This document shows positions 17,603 through 26,346 of a stretch of DNA of 41,089 nucleotides, piece by piece. The notes beneath the pieces are model-generated. The model did no database searches. It saw only the letters and a list, made by a program, of their open reading frames with translations, and had not been told where the DNA came from. The stretch covers positions 1-41,089 of the forward strand of contig JACMRS010000185.1 of assembly GCA_014376345.1 (NCBI GenBank). The letters are read 5' to 3'. Positions within the stretch are counted from its first letter, which is position 1. Each line of letters starts with the position of its first letter. The position numbers and the translations under genes are program-made. This stretch comes from Bacteroidia bacterium. GTDB taxonomy: Bacteria > Bacteroidota > Bacteroidia > NS11-12g > UBA955.

Positions 17603-19762
17603 TTAAGATGGTTGATGCCGTGGCAAAGTTATAATAAATTCTGTCATTTTATCCGGTTCAGATTCAACTCTGATAGTTCCGTTGTGTGATTCAATAATCT
17701 GGTAAACAATAGAAAGACCTAAACCTGTGCCATGTCCAACATCTTTTGTAGTAAAAAATGGTTCAAAAATACGTGCTTTAACATAGTCTGGAATACCCGG
17801 GCCATTATCCTTAATGCGTATTTCTACGCCGTCTTCTAATTCATTAGTAGTTATAGTTATCGTACATTTTTTATTGTGGCATTCTTTTAATGCTTGCACT
17901 GCATTATTCAGAATATTCATAAATACCTGGTTCATTTTTCCCGGGTAACATTCTATTTTTTTATCAAGATTATAATCTTTAATAATCTCAATGTCATTTC
18001 CCAATTCACTTTTCAGGATAATTAATGTGCTGTCTATACCTTCCTGAATATCAGTAAACTTCAAATCACTTTCGTCCAGTCTGGAAAACAATCTCAGTCC
18101 TTTAACAATTTCTGCTGTTCTTGAAGCACCATGGGCAATGCCTTCAAGTAATGTATTTATTTCTGTTTTAAGAAAGTCGAGATCAATTTTAGTTTTATAT
18201 TTTTCTATTTCTTTTAAATGGCTCTCCTTGTCATCTTTATGAATAGTTTGATCATACAAATCTAACAAACCATACATATCTTCAATGTCCATTTTAAGGG
18301 GTCTTATGTTACTACTTACAAAGTTAATAGGATTGTTGATTTCATGGGCGATACCGGCAGTAAGCTGACCGAGACTTGCCATTTTTTCTGCACTTACAAG
18401 TTGTGCCTGTGCTTCTTTAAGATCTTTAATAGCTCCGCTTAAATTGGTGTTTGCTACCTGAAGTTTTTCAGTTCTCTCTTCAACTTTTTGTTCAAGCATT
18501 ACATTCTGCTCACTGATAATTTTAGCATTTTCTTTAACTGCTTCAAGTGCTTCTGCCTGAGAGGCTTCTTTGTCTCTTCTAAGCACGTTTATTTTATCTG
18601 CAAGCGCAATAGAAAGCATTACAGCTTCGAGAGCAGATCCGATCTGCATAATGTAATAAGTGAAATCATTGTATGGCAGAATGCCAAAGTCTCTGAGCAC
18701 GAAAATAAAAACACCTACTAAAAATACAACCCAGGCGAAAAGGAAAAATTTAGCCTCCCTGATCTTCTTTCTGTAAAGTATCACACTTAAAATAAGCATG
18801 TACGTAGCAGTTAGTGATACTGCAATCTGTAATATTAAATAGCTAAGTCTGTAGATGCCGGCTAAAGACAAACTTAAAGAGATTCCATACAATATAAATG
18901 CAATGAAAAATCCTTTATCAAGTCGTGGAATATTACGTGCAGTATTTAGGAACTGACGCATAAATAACACTGCTGCCGGACCAACGAGGGTGCTGCTGAT
19001 ATACACACTTTCATTAGCCATCCAGGGCCAGTTGGCAAAGAAATATTTAAATGAATAGCCTTGCAAAGTGGCTTGTGTCAGACCTACTATAAAAATATAA
19101 ATTACGTAGTATAAGTATTCTTTGTTGTCGCCTTTAACAGTGAAATAAAGTGCCAGGTTATACAGCAGCATCACCAGTATAATTCCGAAATAAATGCCTG
19201 CAAAAATATCTTTTAAAAGAAGAGATTGAAAGATGCTTTTTTCAGTTCCTGCGTAAACCGGAACCTGAAGTTGTTCATTGGTACGCACTTTCAGAAGTAT
19301 GCTTGCAGACTCACCTTGACCAATTAAAACATCAAAAATATAATGGTGGTGAGGGTAACTTCTTTTGTTGAAAACATACATGTCACCAGAGGTGTCACTT
19401 CTGATCACACTGTCACCTTTCAACTGCATAAAAATTACTTCATCTGTAGTTGCCTGAGCAAGTTCTAGAAGTACTTTATCAGCATTCGTATTGTTTGTAA
19501 TATTGAGTTTAAGCCAGTATGATGATGCTGTAATGCCAAGATTATGAACGTCAATGGGAACATAAGTAAACTTAAGAGAAAGTGCTTCCTTTACAGTAAA
19601 GTTATTCTGTGGATCTTCAAGCCAGGATATGTTTTTGCCAATCAGAAAATGTTTGTCTCCGATTATTTTAACTGTATCTTGTGCATAGGAAGGTAATTGC
19701 AATAGCAGTAATAAAAACAATACCGGCAGGCTTTTGTATTTTTTGAGTGTTTTCAATTTCAA
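17603..19762 (-). CDS. 7TMR-DISM family sensor histidine kinase (DISMED2 extracytoplasmic domain + 7 TM + HisKA + HATPase_c)
   Basis: Signal peptide, a ~150-aa extracytoplasmic domain, then about seven hydrophobic helices (res ~185-390) and a coiled coil. H-box AHEINNPINF, N-box ILNNAVQA, G1 KDNGPGI, G2 GTGLGLSIV. Apparent TTG start overlapping the upstream stop (TTGA). Confidence 0.85.
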   Translation of the reverse strand: MKLKTLKKYKSLPVLFLLLLLQLPSYAQDTVKIIGDKHFLIGKNISWLEDPQNNFTVKEALSLKFTYVPIDVHNLGITASSYWLKLNITNNTNADKVLLELAQATTDEVIFMQLKGDSVIRSDTSGDMYVFNKRSYPHHHYIFDVLIGQGESASILLKVRTNEQLQVPVYAGTEKSIFQSLLLKDIFAGIYFGIILVMLLYNLALYFTVKGDNKEYLYYVIYIFIVGLTQATLQGYSFKYFFANWPWMANESVYISSTLVGPAAVLFMRQFLNTARNIPRLDKGFFIAFILYGISLSLSLAGIYRLSYLILQIAVSLTATYMLILSVILYRKKIREAKFFLFAWVVFLVGVFIFVLRDFGILPYNDFTYYIMQIGSALEAVMLSIALADKINVLRRDKEASQAEALEAVKENAKIISEQNVMLEQKVEERTEKLQVANTNLSGAIKDLKEAQAQLVSAEKMASLGQLTAGIAHEINNPINFVSSNIRPLKMDIEDMYGLLDLYDQTIHKDDKESHLKEIEKYKTKIDLDFLKTEINTLLEGIAHGASRTAEIVKGLRLFSRLDESDLKFTDIQEGIDSTLIILKSELGNDIEIIKDYNLDKKIECYPGKMNQVFMNILNNAVQALKECHNKKCTITITTNELEDGVEIRIKDNGPGIPDYVKARIFEPFFTTKDVGHGTGLGLSIVYQIIESHNGTIRVESEPDKMTEFIITLPRHQPS

Positions 19763-20445
19763 CGGATTATCAGATCATAACTTATTTCAACTTCGCCTTT
19801 TGGCACTTTTTCTTTTCGTATATGTACAGGATTATTTCTAAGATCCATTACTGAAGCCTTTACTTCAGCGGCTGCAGTTGTTAATAAATGTGGATTCTGA
19901 CTCAAAACTCTTGCTACGTAATTTGAGTTAGGATAAATAAATGTTCCATCATTTCCAAGACTTGTTTCAACCTGAAAGCCAATCCTGGTTGCCATTCTTA
20001 AAGTGTAAGCTGCAACTATGGTAAACATAGACGTAACAGGTAACTGGTTAACAATTGACATGCCTGCAATTACCAGTAAAAATGTAATACCCATGTTAGG
20101 TGCTTCTTCTCTTGAATTCCATAAACCGCAAAGCTCACAGGTACCACCGTTGTCAGAATATTGTTTTACCATGTTAAAAATATTCTTATCAAAATGTCCT
20201 ACTGCATCTTCCACAGGCAATGGATTTATTCCATCTGCAATTTGAATACGAATACCACCTAGCAGGTGTTCGGAATTATCTGATTTTGCAGTAATGACGT
20301 AGATATTCGGATTTTTAGGCCAGGTAGGTTTGTTAGTTGAAATATTTGTCAGATTAAAGCCTTCAAGCACACGGCGGTGACCCTCGATAAATTGCTGACA
20401 ATTTTCCGGGTTGTCAATTGCTCTGAATGCTTTGAATGATATCAT
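19759..20445 (-). CDS. Orphan 228-aa protein, possibly GNAT-like acyltransferase fold
   Basis: ATG start, wedged between the E1/nitroreductase gene (5-nt gap) and the kinase gene (4-nt overlap). The central ..GGTCELCGLWNS...APNMGITFLL...M.. and later AAYTLRMATRIGF..E..LG..GTF.YP segments resemble the beta4-alpha3 and alpha4 region of GNAT or autoinducer-synthase-like folds. This is pattern recognition only. Confidence 0.35.
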   Translation of the reverse strand: MISFKAFRAIDNPENCQQFIEGHRRVLEGFNLTNISTNKPTWPKNPNIYVITAKSDNSEHLLGGIRIQIADGINPLPVEDAVGHFDKNIFNMVKQYSDNGGTCELCGLWNSREEAPNMGITFLLVIAGMSIVNQLPVTSMFTIVAAYTLRMATRIGFQVETSLGNDGTFIYPNSNYVARVLSQNPHLLTTAAAEVKASVMDLRNNPVHIRKEKVPKGEVEISYDLIIR

Positions 20446-20450
20446 CTGTA

Positions 20451-22751
20451 TTAAAGCCTGAAAAATAACTCAGTTAATGGTTTTCTAAGACTTCTTACTT
20501 CGTGTTTTTCCGCTTCAAATATTCTGAAAATAAAAACAGGTTCTCTATTTTCATCAAGAAACTTTCTATTGAATTCTGCTTGTTGGTCTTTCATTTCTTC
20601 TATATCCTCTTGAGATAATCCTTCCCCTTTACCATAATTAACTCTATGCCATATTGCAATAGGAGAAAGCATTGGTTGCATTCCCCAGTTTTTATGGTTC
20701 AATAATAGCCATAATCTTTGGATTGCCCTACCTGAATTTATATACTTAACAACAGTATCCTGACCTGTAAAGCTTAAAATGCCTAGTGCAGTGGAACTTG
20801 CTATTAATTTTTTACTTAATTTTCCAAGTCCTGCTCCTTTATTCCAGCTTCTGAGTAAGGAAATTACTGCAGGATAAGATGCCATGTGAAGTCCTGCCAC
20901 ATCAAGCGGTCCGAAACCTGCGGTGCGAATATCCAGTCCGTCGCGTTCCTTCTCTGCCTGCTCTTTCGTCCAGCGCATTTCCTTTACAAAGAAATCAGGA
21001 TGCCCTTCTTTATGCATCAGTCTGATTCTGTCAGCAAGTGCAATTGTATTGGCAATAAACATCATATCTTCTTGATTATCCACAAGAGTTATTGACAAGT
21101 CATCTGAATGCCCGATACAGTTTTTAAGGTCATTTTCAACATCAGAAGGCAGTGGTTTTTTATTGCCCTTGTTTCTGTTTGTATACCTTGCGCCAATTTC
21201 ATTTGCCAGATTAATATCGCATTCATCCATTTCAACACCACTGCGTTTTATTGAAATTGTAGCCACTAAATTCTCACTTTCACCTGCAGGAAATAAATCA
21301 ATATTAGGTTGAAACCCCATTCTTTTTGATTCTAAAGAAAATGTTTCAATGGCTGTTCCTAAAGCGATCTGGGCGATAAAATTATTGTGATCCATAAAAG
21401 AAACGGAACTCGATCTGTCGTGAAACAAATAAAAGATGCCGTTGTAAAGCGCCCATTTCCAGGGTTGTGTATTTCCTGCTGAAGGCGCAAGTAAAACTGC
21501 ATTAATCAGCGTTTCTATTTCACTTTCTGAAGCAGTCATTTCAGCAGTGTCTTTTTTAAAGTTTGTTTTCAGGAAATTGTGAATCCACTCTTTAGTAAGA
21601 GGTGTTAAAGTGTTTTGTTTTAAAACAGTTTTTTCTGAAGAAACAGGATCGCAGAAAATCTCATCCATATCAACATGAAATCTTCCTGATTTGTGAAATT
21701 CATCAAGAAGAATTTTTCTAGAAACATCAGCAGTAATGCCACCTCCGAGCGTTACGGCTGAAGCTAGTTGTGGCCAGGTAGTAATGGTTTCACCAATTTC
21801 AAGCATTGATGCTTTTGTGCGCTCAGAAACTGTATGCAGTCCTACTATTTGTAACATGTAAGGAATTTTATCCTCATTTGTTTTAAGTGATTTGAGGATG
21901 TCGATATTGATGTCTCCAACCAGTCCGTGAAGGAGTGGGCGGTCGGGTTCCAGATCGAATCTTTCAATATCTACCATTCCACGGTCGCTAGCTTCCTGCA
22001 CAACAGGGATGCCAAGTGAACGCGCCTTCAAACGTGCCAGTATTTTTATATCCAGTCCGTCAGATTCATCAATCAACAGGTCTAGTTTGCCATCACCTGT
22101 AAAAAAACTATCCATGTTTTCTTCTGTAATGCCATCATGAAAACATACCACATCGAGGTACGGATCTATTTCTGCAATTTCACGGGCTACAGAAACAGTT
22201 TTCAATAAACCAAGATTGTGAAGTGGTGTTCTGATTCTGTTGTAATTACTGAGTTCCAGTATGTCATAATCTGCAATCCTCAATTGTCCGAATCCGCGTT
22301 CCATAGCTAATGTTACTGAAACTGACTGTCCCACAGAAAGTCCGATTACACCTATTTTTTTTGTTGAAAGTGTGTTTCGTTCCGCAAGTGTTATTTTATA
22401 GTTATTGCGTGAAGTTCTGAGTTCAATAAAATCTTCTTTGTGAAGGATATGAACTAGCCTGAAACTCCAGGGATAATATACCCATGTTCCGATATGCGAG
22501 GTATCACCTCCCGAAATGTACTTAATTACTGCATCATTAAGAGATTGTGATGTGTATGTTATTTGGGCATTTCTGCATTTTATAAGTTCTGCAAGCTGTC
22601 CAATTATCTCATCGCATATTTGGATATGTGGATTTTCAGTCAGAAGTTTTTCTAGTGCTTCAGCTTGCCCGGGCTTACTTTTGTCAAAGAAATCCGGACG
22701 TGTTTTATGTTTTTCAAGGTGATTTATTTTAGCGGTTGTTTGCTCTTGCAT
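20451..22751 (-). CDS. Rv1355c-family protein: N-terminal E1/ThiF-like adenylyltransferase domain fused to Acg-type tandem nitroreductase-fold domain
   Basis: ThiF-like core (KKIGVIGLSVGQSV...LRIADYDILELSNYNRI....LG..K.....EI.EIDPYLDV...DG.T..N.D.F......DLLIDESD.LDIK...R..ARSLGIPVV...SDRG.VDIERFDLEPDRPLLHGL). A C-terminal ~370 aa carries the nitroreductase signature APSAGNTQPWKW. 766 aa in total. Confidence 0.7.
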   Translation of the reverse strand: MQEQTTAKINHLEKHKTRPDFFDKSKPGQAEALEKLLTENPHIQICDEIIGQLAELIKCRNAQITYTSQSLNDAVIKYISGGDTSHIGTWVYYPWSFRLVHILHKEDFIELRTSRNNYKITLAERNTLSTKKIGVIGLSVGQSVSVTLAMERGFGQLRIADYDILELSNYNRIRTPLHNLGLLKTVSVAREIAEIDPYLDVVCFHDGITEENMDSFFTGDGKLDLLIDESDGLDIKILARLKARSLGIPVVQEASDRGMVDIERFDLEPDRPLLHGLVGDINIDILKSLKTNEDKIPYMLQIVGLHTVSERTKASMLEIGETITTWPQLASAVTLGGGITADVSRKILLDEFHKSGRFHVDMDEIFCDPVSSEKTVLKQNTLTPLTKEWIHNFLKTNFKKDTAEMTASESEIETLINAVLLAPSAGNTQPWKWALYNGIFYLFHDRSSSVSFMDHNNFIAQIALGTAIETFSLESKRMGFQPNIDLFPAGESENLVATISIKRSGVEMDECDINLANEIGARYTNRNKGNKKPLPSDVENDLKNCIGHSDDLSITLVDNQEDMMFIANTIALADRIRLMHKEGHPDFFVKEMRWTKEQAEKERDGLDIRTAGFGPLDVAGLHMASYPAVISLLRSWNKGAGLGKLSKKLIASSTALGILSFTGQDTVVKYINSGRAIQRLWLLLNHKNWGMQPMLSPIAIWHRVNYGKGEGLSQEDIEEMKDQQAEFNRKFLDENREPVFIFRIFEAEKHEVRSLRKPLTELFFRL

Positions 22752-22776
22752 AATTTAAAAAATAAAGTACCCCGGT

Positions 22777-22784
22777 CAAATATA
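22777..22784 (-). promoter_or_regulatory. Candidate -7 box (TATATTTG) for the minus-strand operon
   Basis: TAnnTTTG match on the minus strand, 25 nt upstream of the ATG at 22751, inside the 146-bp divergent intergenic region. Confidence 0.35.
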
Positions 22785-22897
22785 AGTAGCGAAAGTCATT
22801 TTAATATAATATTTAATTTTTTTTTTCACTATTTTATCATAAAGTAACAAAATGACCTGTTTTTTACATAATCTTGCATACTGTGTAGAAATAAATT

Positions 22898-23362
22898 ATG
22901 TCTGAAGAAAGAATTAAAATTCTGTATGTGGATGATGAAATTCACAATCTGAATGCTTTTAAAGCATTATTCAGAAGAGAATATGATATTTTTACTGCCG
23001 AATCTGCGGAAGATGGCATGAAACTTCTCAAAGAGCAGCAACCTCATATAATTTTAACAGATCAGCGAATGCCTGTTTGCACGGGAATAGAGTTTCTGGA
23101 GCAGGTAATACCGCTTTATCCTGATCCTATTCGAGTATTGGTTACCGGATATTCTGATATCAATGCGGTAATTGATTCGATTAATAAGGGTCAGATATTT
23201 AAATACATTCCAAAGCCCTGGAAAGAAGAAGATCTGCGCATGCACATCAACAATGCTTACGAGGTTTTTCGTCTTCGAAAAGAAAATAAAGAACTGACAG
23301 CAAAGTTGCTAGTAGCCAACGAACAACTTGAATTTCTGCTGCGGCAGAAATTATTATCGTAA
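22898..23362 (+). CDS. Stand-alone response-regulator receiver with a C-terminal coiled-coil tail (divergent from the operon)
   Basis: ILYVDDEIHNL, ILTDQRMP, LVTGYSD and IPKPW. By eye about half its residues are identical to the REC domain of the hybrid kinase at 16508-17599. Confidence 0.9.
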   Translation: MSEERIKILYVDDEIHNLNAFKALFRREYDIFTAESAEDGMKLLKEQQPHIILTDQRMPVCTGIEFLEQVIPLYPDPIRVLVTGYSDINAVIDSINKGQIFKYIPKPWKEEDLRMHINNAYEVFRLRKENKELTAKLLVANEQLEFLLRQKLLS

Positions 23363-23381
23363 ATGTGATCTGTAAACTTTT

Positions 23382-23402
23382 GGGGAACCGCAAGGGTTCC
23401 CC
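23382..23402. terminator. GC-rich hairpin between convergent genes (weak terminator candidate)
   Basis: GGGGAACC-GCAAG-GGTTCCCC 8-bp stem. No good downstream U-tract on either strand. Confidence 0.35.
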
Positions 23403-23418
23403 TTACACGGTTGACCCT

Positions 23419-23955
23419 TTATTTCCACTCCTGACTTTTACAAAAATTAAATATCTGCAGGCTATGGTGCTTGCCATGCCAGGCATACAAACCTATAATG
23501 TGTGCCAGTGAAATATTTTTTTTCTGTTCGGGATGGTAAAAGGTTCTGCTGAAATCTTCAAGCTTCATGCTTTTTAAAAGGGTCACCCATCTGGAGTGCA
23601 AATGCTTAACTATTATTACAGAATCCTGAACAGGTGCTTCAAGTACATCAGCTGTAGTAACCCAGGCATCCTGATCATAAGGTTTGATGGTTGGATTTTC
23701 TTCGGTAAGCGCCAGCTTGAAACGGGTAAAAGCCTGCAAATGACTGTCAGCAATGTGATGCACTACCTGTTTCAATGTCCAGCCACCATCTCTGTAAGGT
23801 GTATTAAGCTGGTTATCTGTAAGTCCTTCGATAGTATTGCTCAGCAAATTAGGAAGGGTTTCTATTTCAATAATCTGTGCCGCAATAAAAATTTCTGTAA
23901 ATTCTTCCAGCGCGTTATATGACCCAATCGGGCGTATGATTTCTTCAGTTGTCAT
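23419..23955 (-). CDS. DinB/YfiT-family putative metal-dependent hydrolase or thiol transferase
   Basis: The His triad pattern of the family (VVHHIADSH, ...H.., AWHGKHH), a four-helix DinB-like length (178 aa), and W.L.Q...H motifs. Confidence 0.75.
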   Translation of the reverse strand: MTTEEIIRPIGSYNALEEFTEIFIAAQIIEIETLPNLLSNTIEGLTDNQLNTPYRDGGWTLKQVVHHIADSHLQAFTRFKLALTEENPTIKPYDQDAWVTTADVLEAPVQDSVIIVKHLHSRWVTLLKSMKLEDFSRTFYHPEQKKNISLAHIIGLYAWHGKHHSLQIFNFCKSQEWK

Positions 23956-23958
23956 GTT

Positions 23959-24954
23959 TTATTTAAAATTAATTTCTGCGCTGTCGCCAAGGTTAAGACT
24001 GTAAATTGTGCCATAAAGGCTGGCATCATTTCCGATTAGTGAATTCTGTAAAACAGCATGTTCCAGATGCGCATAAGGTCCGATAATAGACTCTTTTATT
24101 ATGGATGATTCAATGATAGTATCCTCGCCAATACTGACATTCGGACCGATAATAGAATTGCGGATTTTAGAACCTTTGCCAAAATAAACCGGAGGTACTA
24201 TAATGCTGTTCTCTACGTTTTCTGCTTCATAAGATGTGAAATTGCCACGTTTTAAAAGCAGTTGATTTGTTTGAAGTAAAATTTCTTTCTTACCGCAGTC
24301 AAACCAGCTTTCAACATCAAAAGTACTAAACTTTACACCTTGTAAAATCATACACATCAGTCCGTCTGTCAGGTGAAATTCTCCTTGTGTACGCACATTA
24401 TTTTCGATATTGTGTTGCAGACAATTCATTAATTGTGCAGATTCTTTAATTTTATAAAGCCCTACCAATGCAAGGTTTGATTTTGGAATATTGGGTTTTT
24501 CAACCAACTTGGTAATAAATCCATCTTTATCTGTTTCTGCTACTCCAAACTGTCTTGGATCATCTACTTTTTTAACGCCCAGCGAAGAATGCTGATCAGA
24601 CAATACTTTCTTAAGATTGATTTCGCAGATGGTATCTCCCAAAACAATAAAAATTTCCTCGTCTTTACCGATGGCATCTTTAGCCAGCCAGATAGCGTGA
24701 CCGGTACCTTTGCCAACCGTTTGTATAACAAAAGTGGCATTTATTCCGGGATAATTAGAAACAATATAATCTTCTATTTTATCACCAAGGTAGCCGATAA
24801 TGAATACAAAATCAGTGAACCCTTCAGATACAAGCTGGTCTACTATATGCGCAAGTATGGGCTTACCCGCCACCGGTATCAGCGATTTAGGCTGGGTGTG
24901 AGTGTGTGGACGAAGTCTTGTTCCGATACCTGCAACAGGAATGATGGCTTTCAT
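23959..24954 (-). CDS. Sugar-phosphate nucleotidyltransferase with a C-terminal left-handed beta-helix
   Basis: MKAIIPVAGIGTRLRPHT...PK.LIPVAGKPIL NTP-transferase signature. C-terminal hexapeptide-like repeats (I.PPVY.G.GS.I.NS.IGPNVSIGEDT.I..S.I..S.IG). Confidence 0.85.
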   Translation of the reverse strand: MKAIIPVAGIGTRLRPHTHTQPKSLIPVAGKPILAHIVDQLVSEGFTDFVFIIGYLGDKIEDYIVSNYPGINATFVIQTVGKGTGHAIWLAKDAIGKDEEIFIVLGDTICEINLKKVLSDQHSSLGVKKVDDPRQFGVAETDKDGFITKLVEKPNIPKSNLALVGLYKIKESAQLMNCLQHNIENNVRTQGEFHLTDGLMCMILQGVKFSTFDVESWFDCGKKEILLQTNQLLLKRGNFTSYEAENVENSIIVPPVYFGKGSKIRNSIIGPNVSIGEDTIIESSIIKESIIGPYAHLEHAVLQNSLIGNDASLYGTIYSLNLGDSAEINFK

Positions 24955-25055
24955 TTTTTTAATTTTATCAGGATGACAAATTTAACAGGAAATTATTTAA
25001 CAATTCAAATAATTCATGTAAAGGGAATATTAATTTATAGGGTAACTTTGCCTTT

Positions 25056-26327
25056 ATGCAACCGATGCCACAAATTCCGCTAGCAGAGCGCATGAGACCG
25101 GCAACTCTCGATACTTTTATTGGTCAGGAACATCTGCTTGGTGCAAACGGTCCATTAAGCAAAGCGATTGAAAATAAGTCTGTTCCGAGTCTGATATTCT
25201 GGGGTCCTCCGGGTGTTGGAAAAACAACCCTTGCCGGGTTAATTGCAGAGGCATTAGAATGGCCAATATTTAAGCTGAGTGCAATTAGCAGCGGTGTGGC
25301 AGAAATAAGGAAGGTAATTGAAGAGGCTACTAAAACCGGCAAAGCTTTATTGTTTATTGATGAAATACACCGATTCAATAAATCACAACAGGATGCGTTA
25401 TTAGGTGCTGTTGAGAAAGGAACTGTTACCCTAATTGGCGCCACTACAGAAAATCCTTCTTTTGAAGTCAATAATGCTTTATTAAGCCGATGTCAGGTTT
25501 ATGTTCTTCAGGAATTTTCGCAGGAGGAGCTTTTGTCAATGTTACAGCAGGCAATTGATACGGATGATTATCTTTTGCAATATAAAATTGATTTAAAAGA
25601 AACTGAAGCACTGATGCTTTATTCAGGAGGAGATGGCAGGAAACTGCTGAATCTTTTAGAGTTGATAGTAGGCACTTCAGAAACCAATGGGGTTGAAATT
25701 ACAAATGAAAAAGTAACAGCAGTTCTGCAAACCAAAATGGCTTTGTATGATAAAAGTGGTGAGCAGCATTACGATATCATTTCTGCGTTTATAAAAAGCA
25801 TGCGAGGCAGCGACCCAAATGCTGCAGTATATTGGCTGGCGCGGATGTTAGAAGGAGGGGAGGACATTAAATTTATTGCAAGAAGAATGATTATTCTTGC
25901 GAGTGAGGACATTGGAAATGCAAATCCTAATGCGTTGCTTCTTGCAAATAATTGTTTTCAGGCTATCAATGTAATCGGCAATCCGGAAGCAAGAATTATT
26001 TTATCACAAACAGCAGTTTATCTCGCCTGCAGCGCTAAAAGCAATGCTTCATATCTGGCGATAAATGCAGCGATGTCTTTAGCTTCGAAAACAACAAATT
26101 TACCTGTTCCGTTAAACATCAGAAATGCGCCTACAAAATTGATGAAAGATCTGAATTATGGCAAAGGTTATGCCTACGCACATAATTACGATAACAACTT
26201 TGTAGCACATGAGTTTTTGCCGGATGCAATTAAAGGAACTGTCTTTTACGAACCCGGAAGTAATGATAGAGAAAACGATGCAAGAAAGTTTTTAAGGCTG
26301 CGCTGGCAAACGAAATATGGCTATTGA
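25056..26327 (+). CDS. rarA: Replication-associated recombination protein A (AAA+ ATPase)
   Basis: PLAERMRP..LD.F.GQ.HL, Walker A GPPGVGKTT, Walker B LFIDEIHRFNK.QQD, and the MgsA C-terminal HYD..SA..KS.RGSDP.AA.YWLARM..GGED..FI.RR. Confidence 0.95.
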   Translation: MQPMPQIPLAERMRPATLDTFIGQEHLLGANGPLSKAIENKSVPSLIFWGPPGVGKTTLAGLIAEALEWPIFKLSAISSGVAEIRKVIEEATKTGKALLFIDEIHRFNKSQQDALLGAVEKGTVTLIGATTENPSFEVNNALLSRCQVYVLQEFSQEELLSMLQQAIDTDDYLLQYKIDLKETEALMLYSGGDGRKLLNLLELIVGTSETNGVEITNEKVTAVLQTKMALYDKSGEQHYDIISAFIKSMRGSDPNAAVYWLARMLEGGEDIKFIARRMIILASEDIGNANPNALLLANNCFQAINVIGNPEARIILSQTAVYLACSAKSNASYLAINAAMSLASKTTNLPVPLNIRNAPTKLMKDLNYGKGYAYAHNYDNNFVAHEFLPDAIKGTVFYEPGSNDRENDARKFLRLRWQTKYGY

Positions 26328-26346
26328 TTTATCAATAAAAAAATAA

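Noticed and set aside
22752-22897. Tiny ORFs in the divergent intergenic region that might be RiPP-type precursors for the E1/nitroreductase enzyme: plus strand MTCFLHNLAYCVEINYV and minus strand MQDYVKNRSFCYFMIK.
   Set aside because: They are only 16-17 codons long with no leader/core organisation. One overlaps the REC start codon out of frame. Such ORFs are expected by chance in A+T-rich DNA, and nothing in the sequence supports translation.
23382-23402. GGGGAACC/GGTTCCCC hairpin as a confident intrinsic terminator.
   Set aside because: Neither strand has a U-tract after the stem, so it is kept only as a low-confidence feature. It may instead be an RNA-stability or protein-binding hairpin.
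24589-25083. 164-aa plus-strand ORF. Similar long antisense ORFs occur at 3704-4168, 11835-12335, 11285-11623, 23596-23922, 25124-25471 and 34344-34700.
   Set aside because: Each lies entirely antisense to a gene with strong family motifs and has low-complexity, Phe/Ile/Asn/Cys-rich composition with no motif. These are typical shadow ORFs in A+T-rich DNA.
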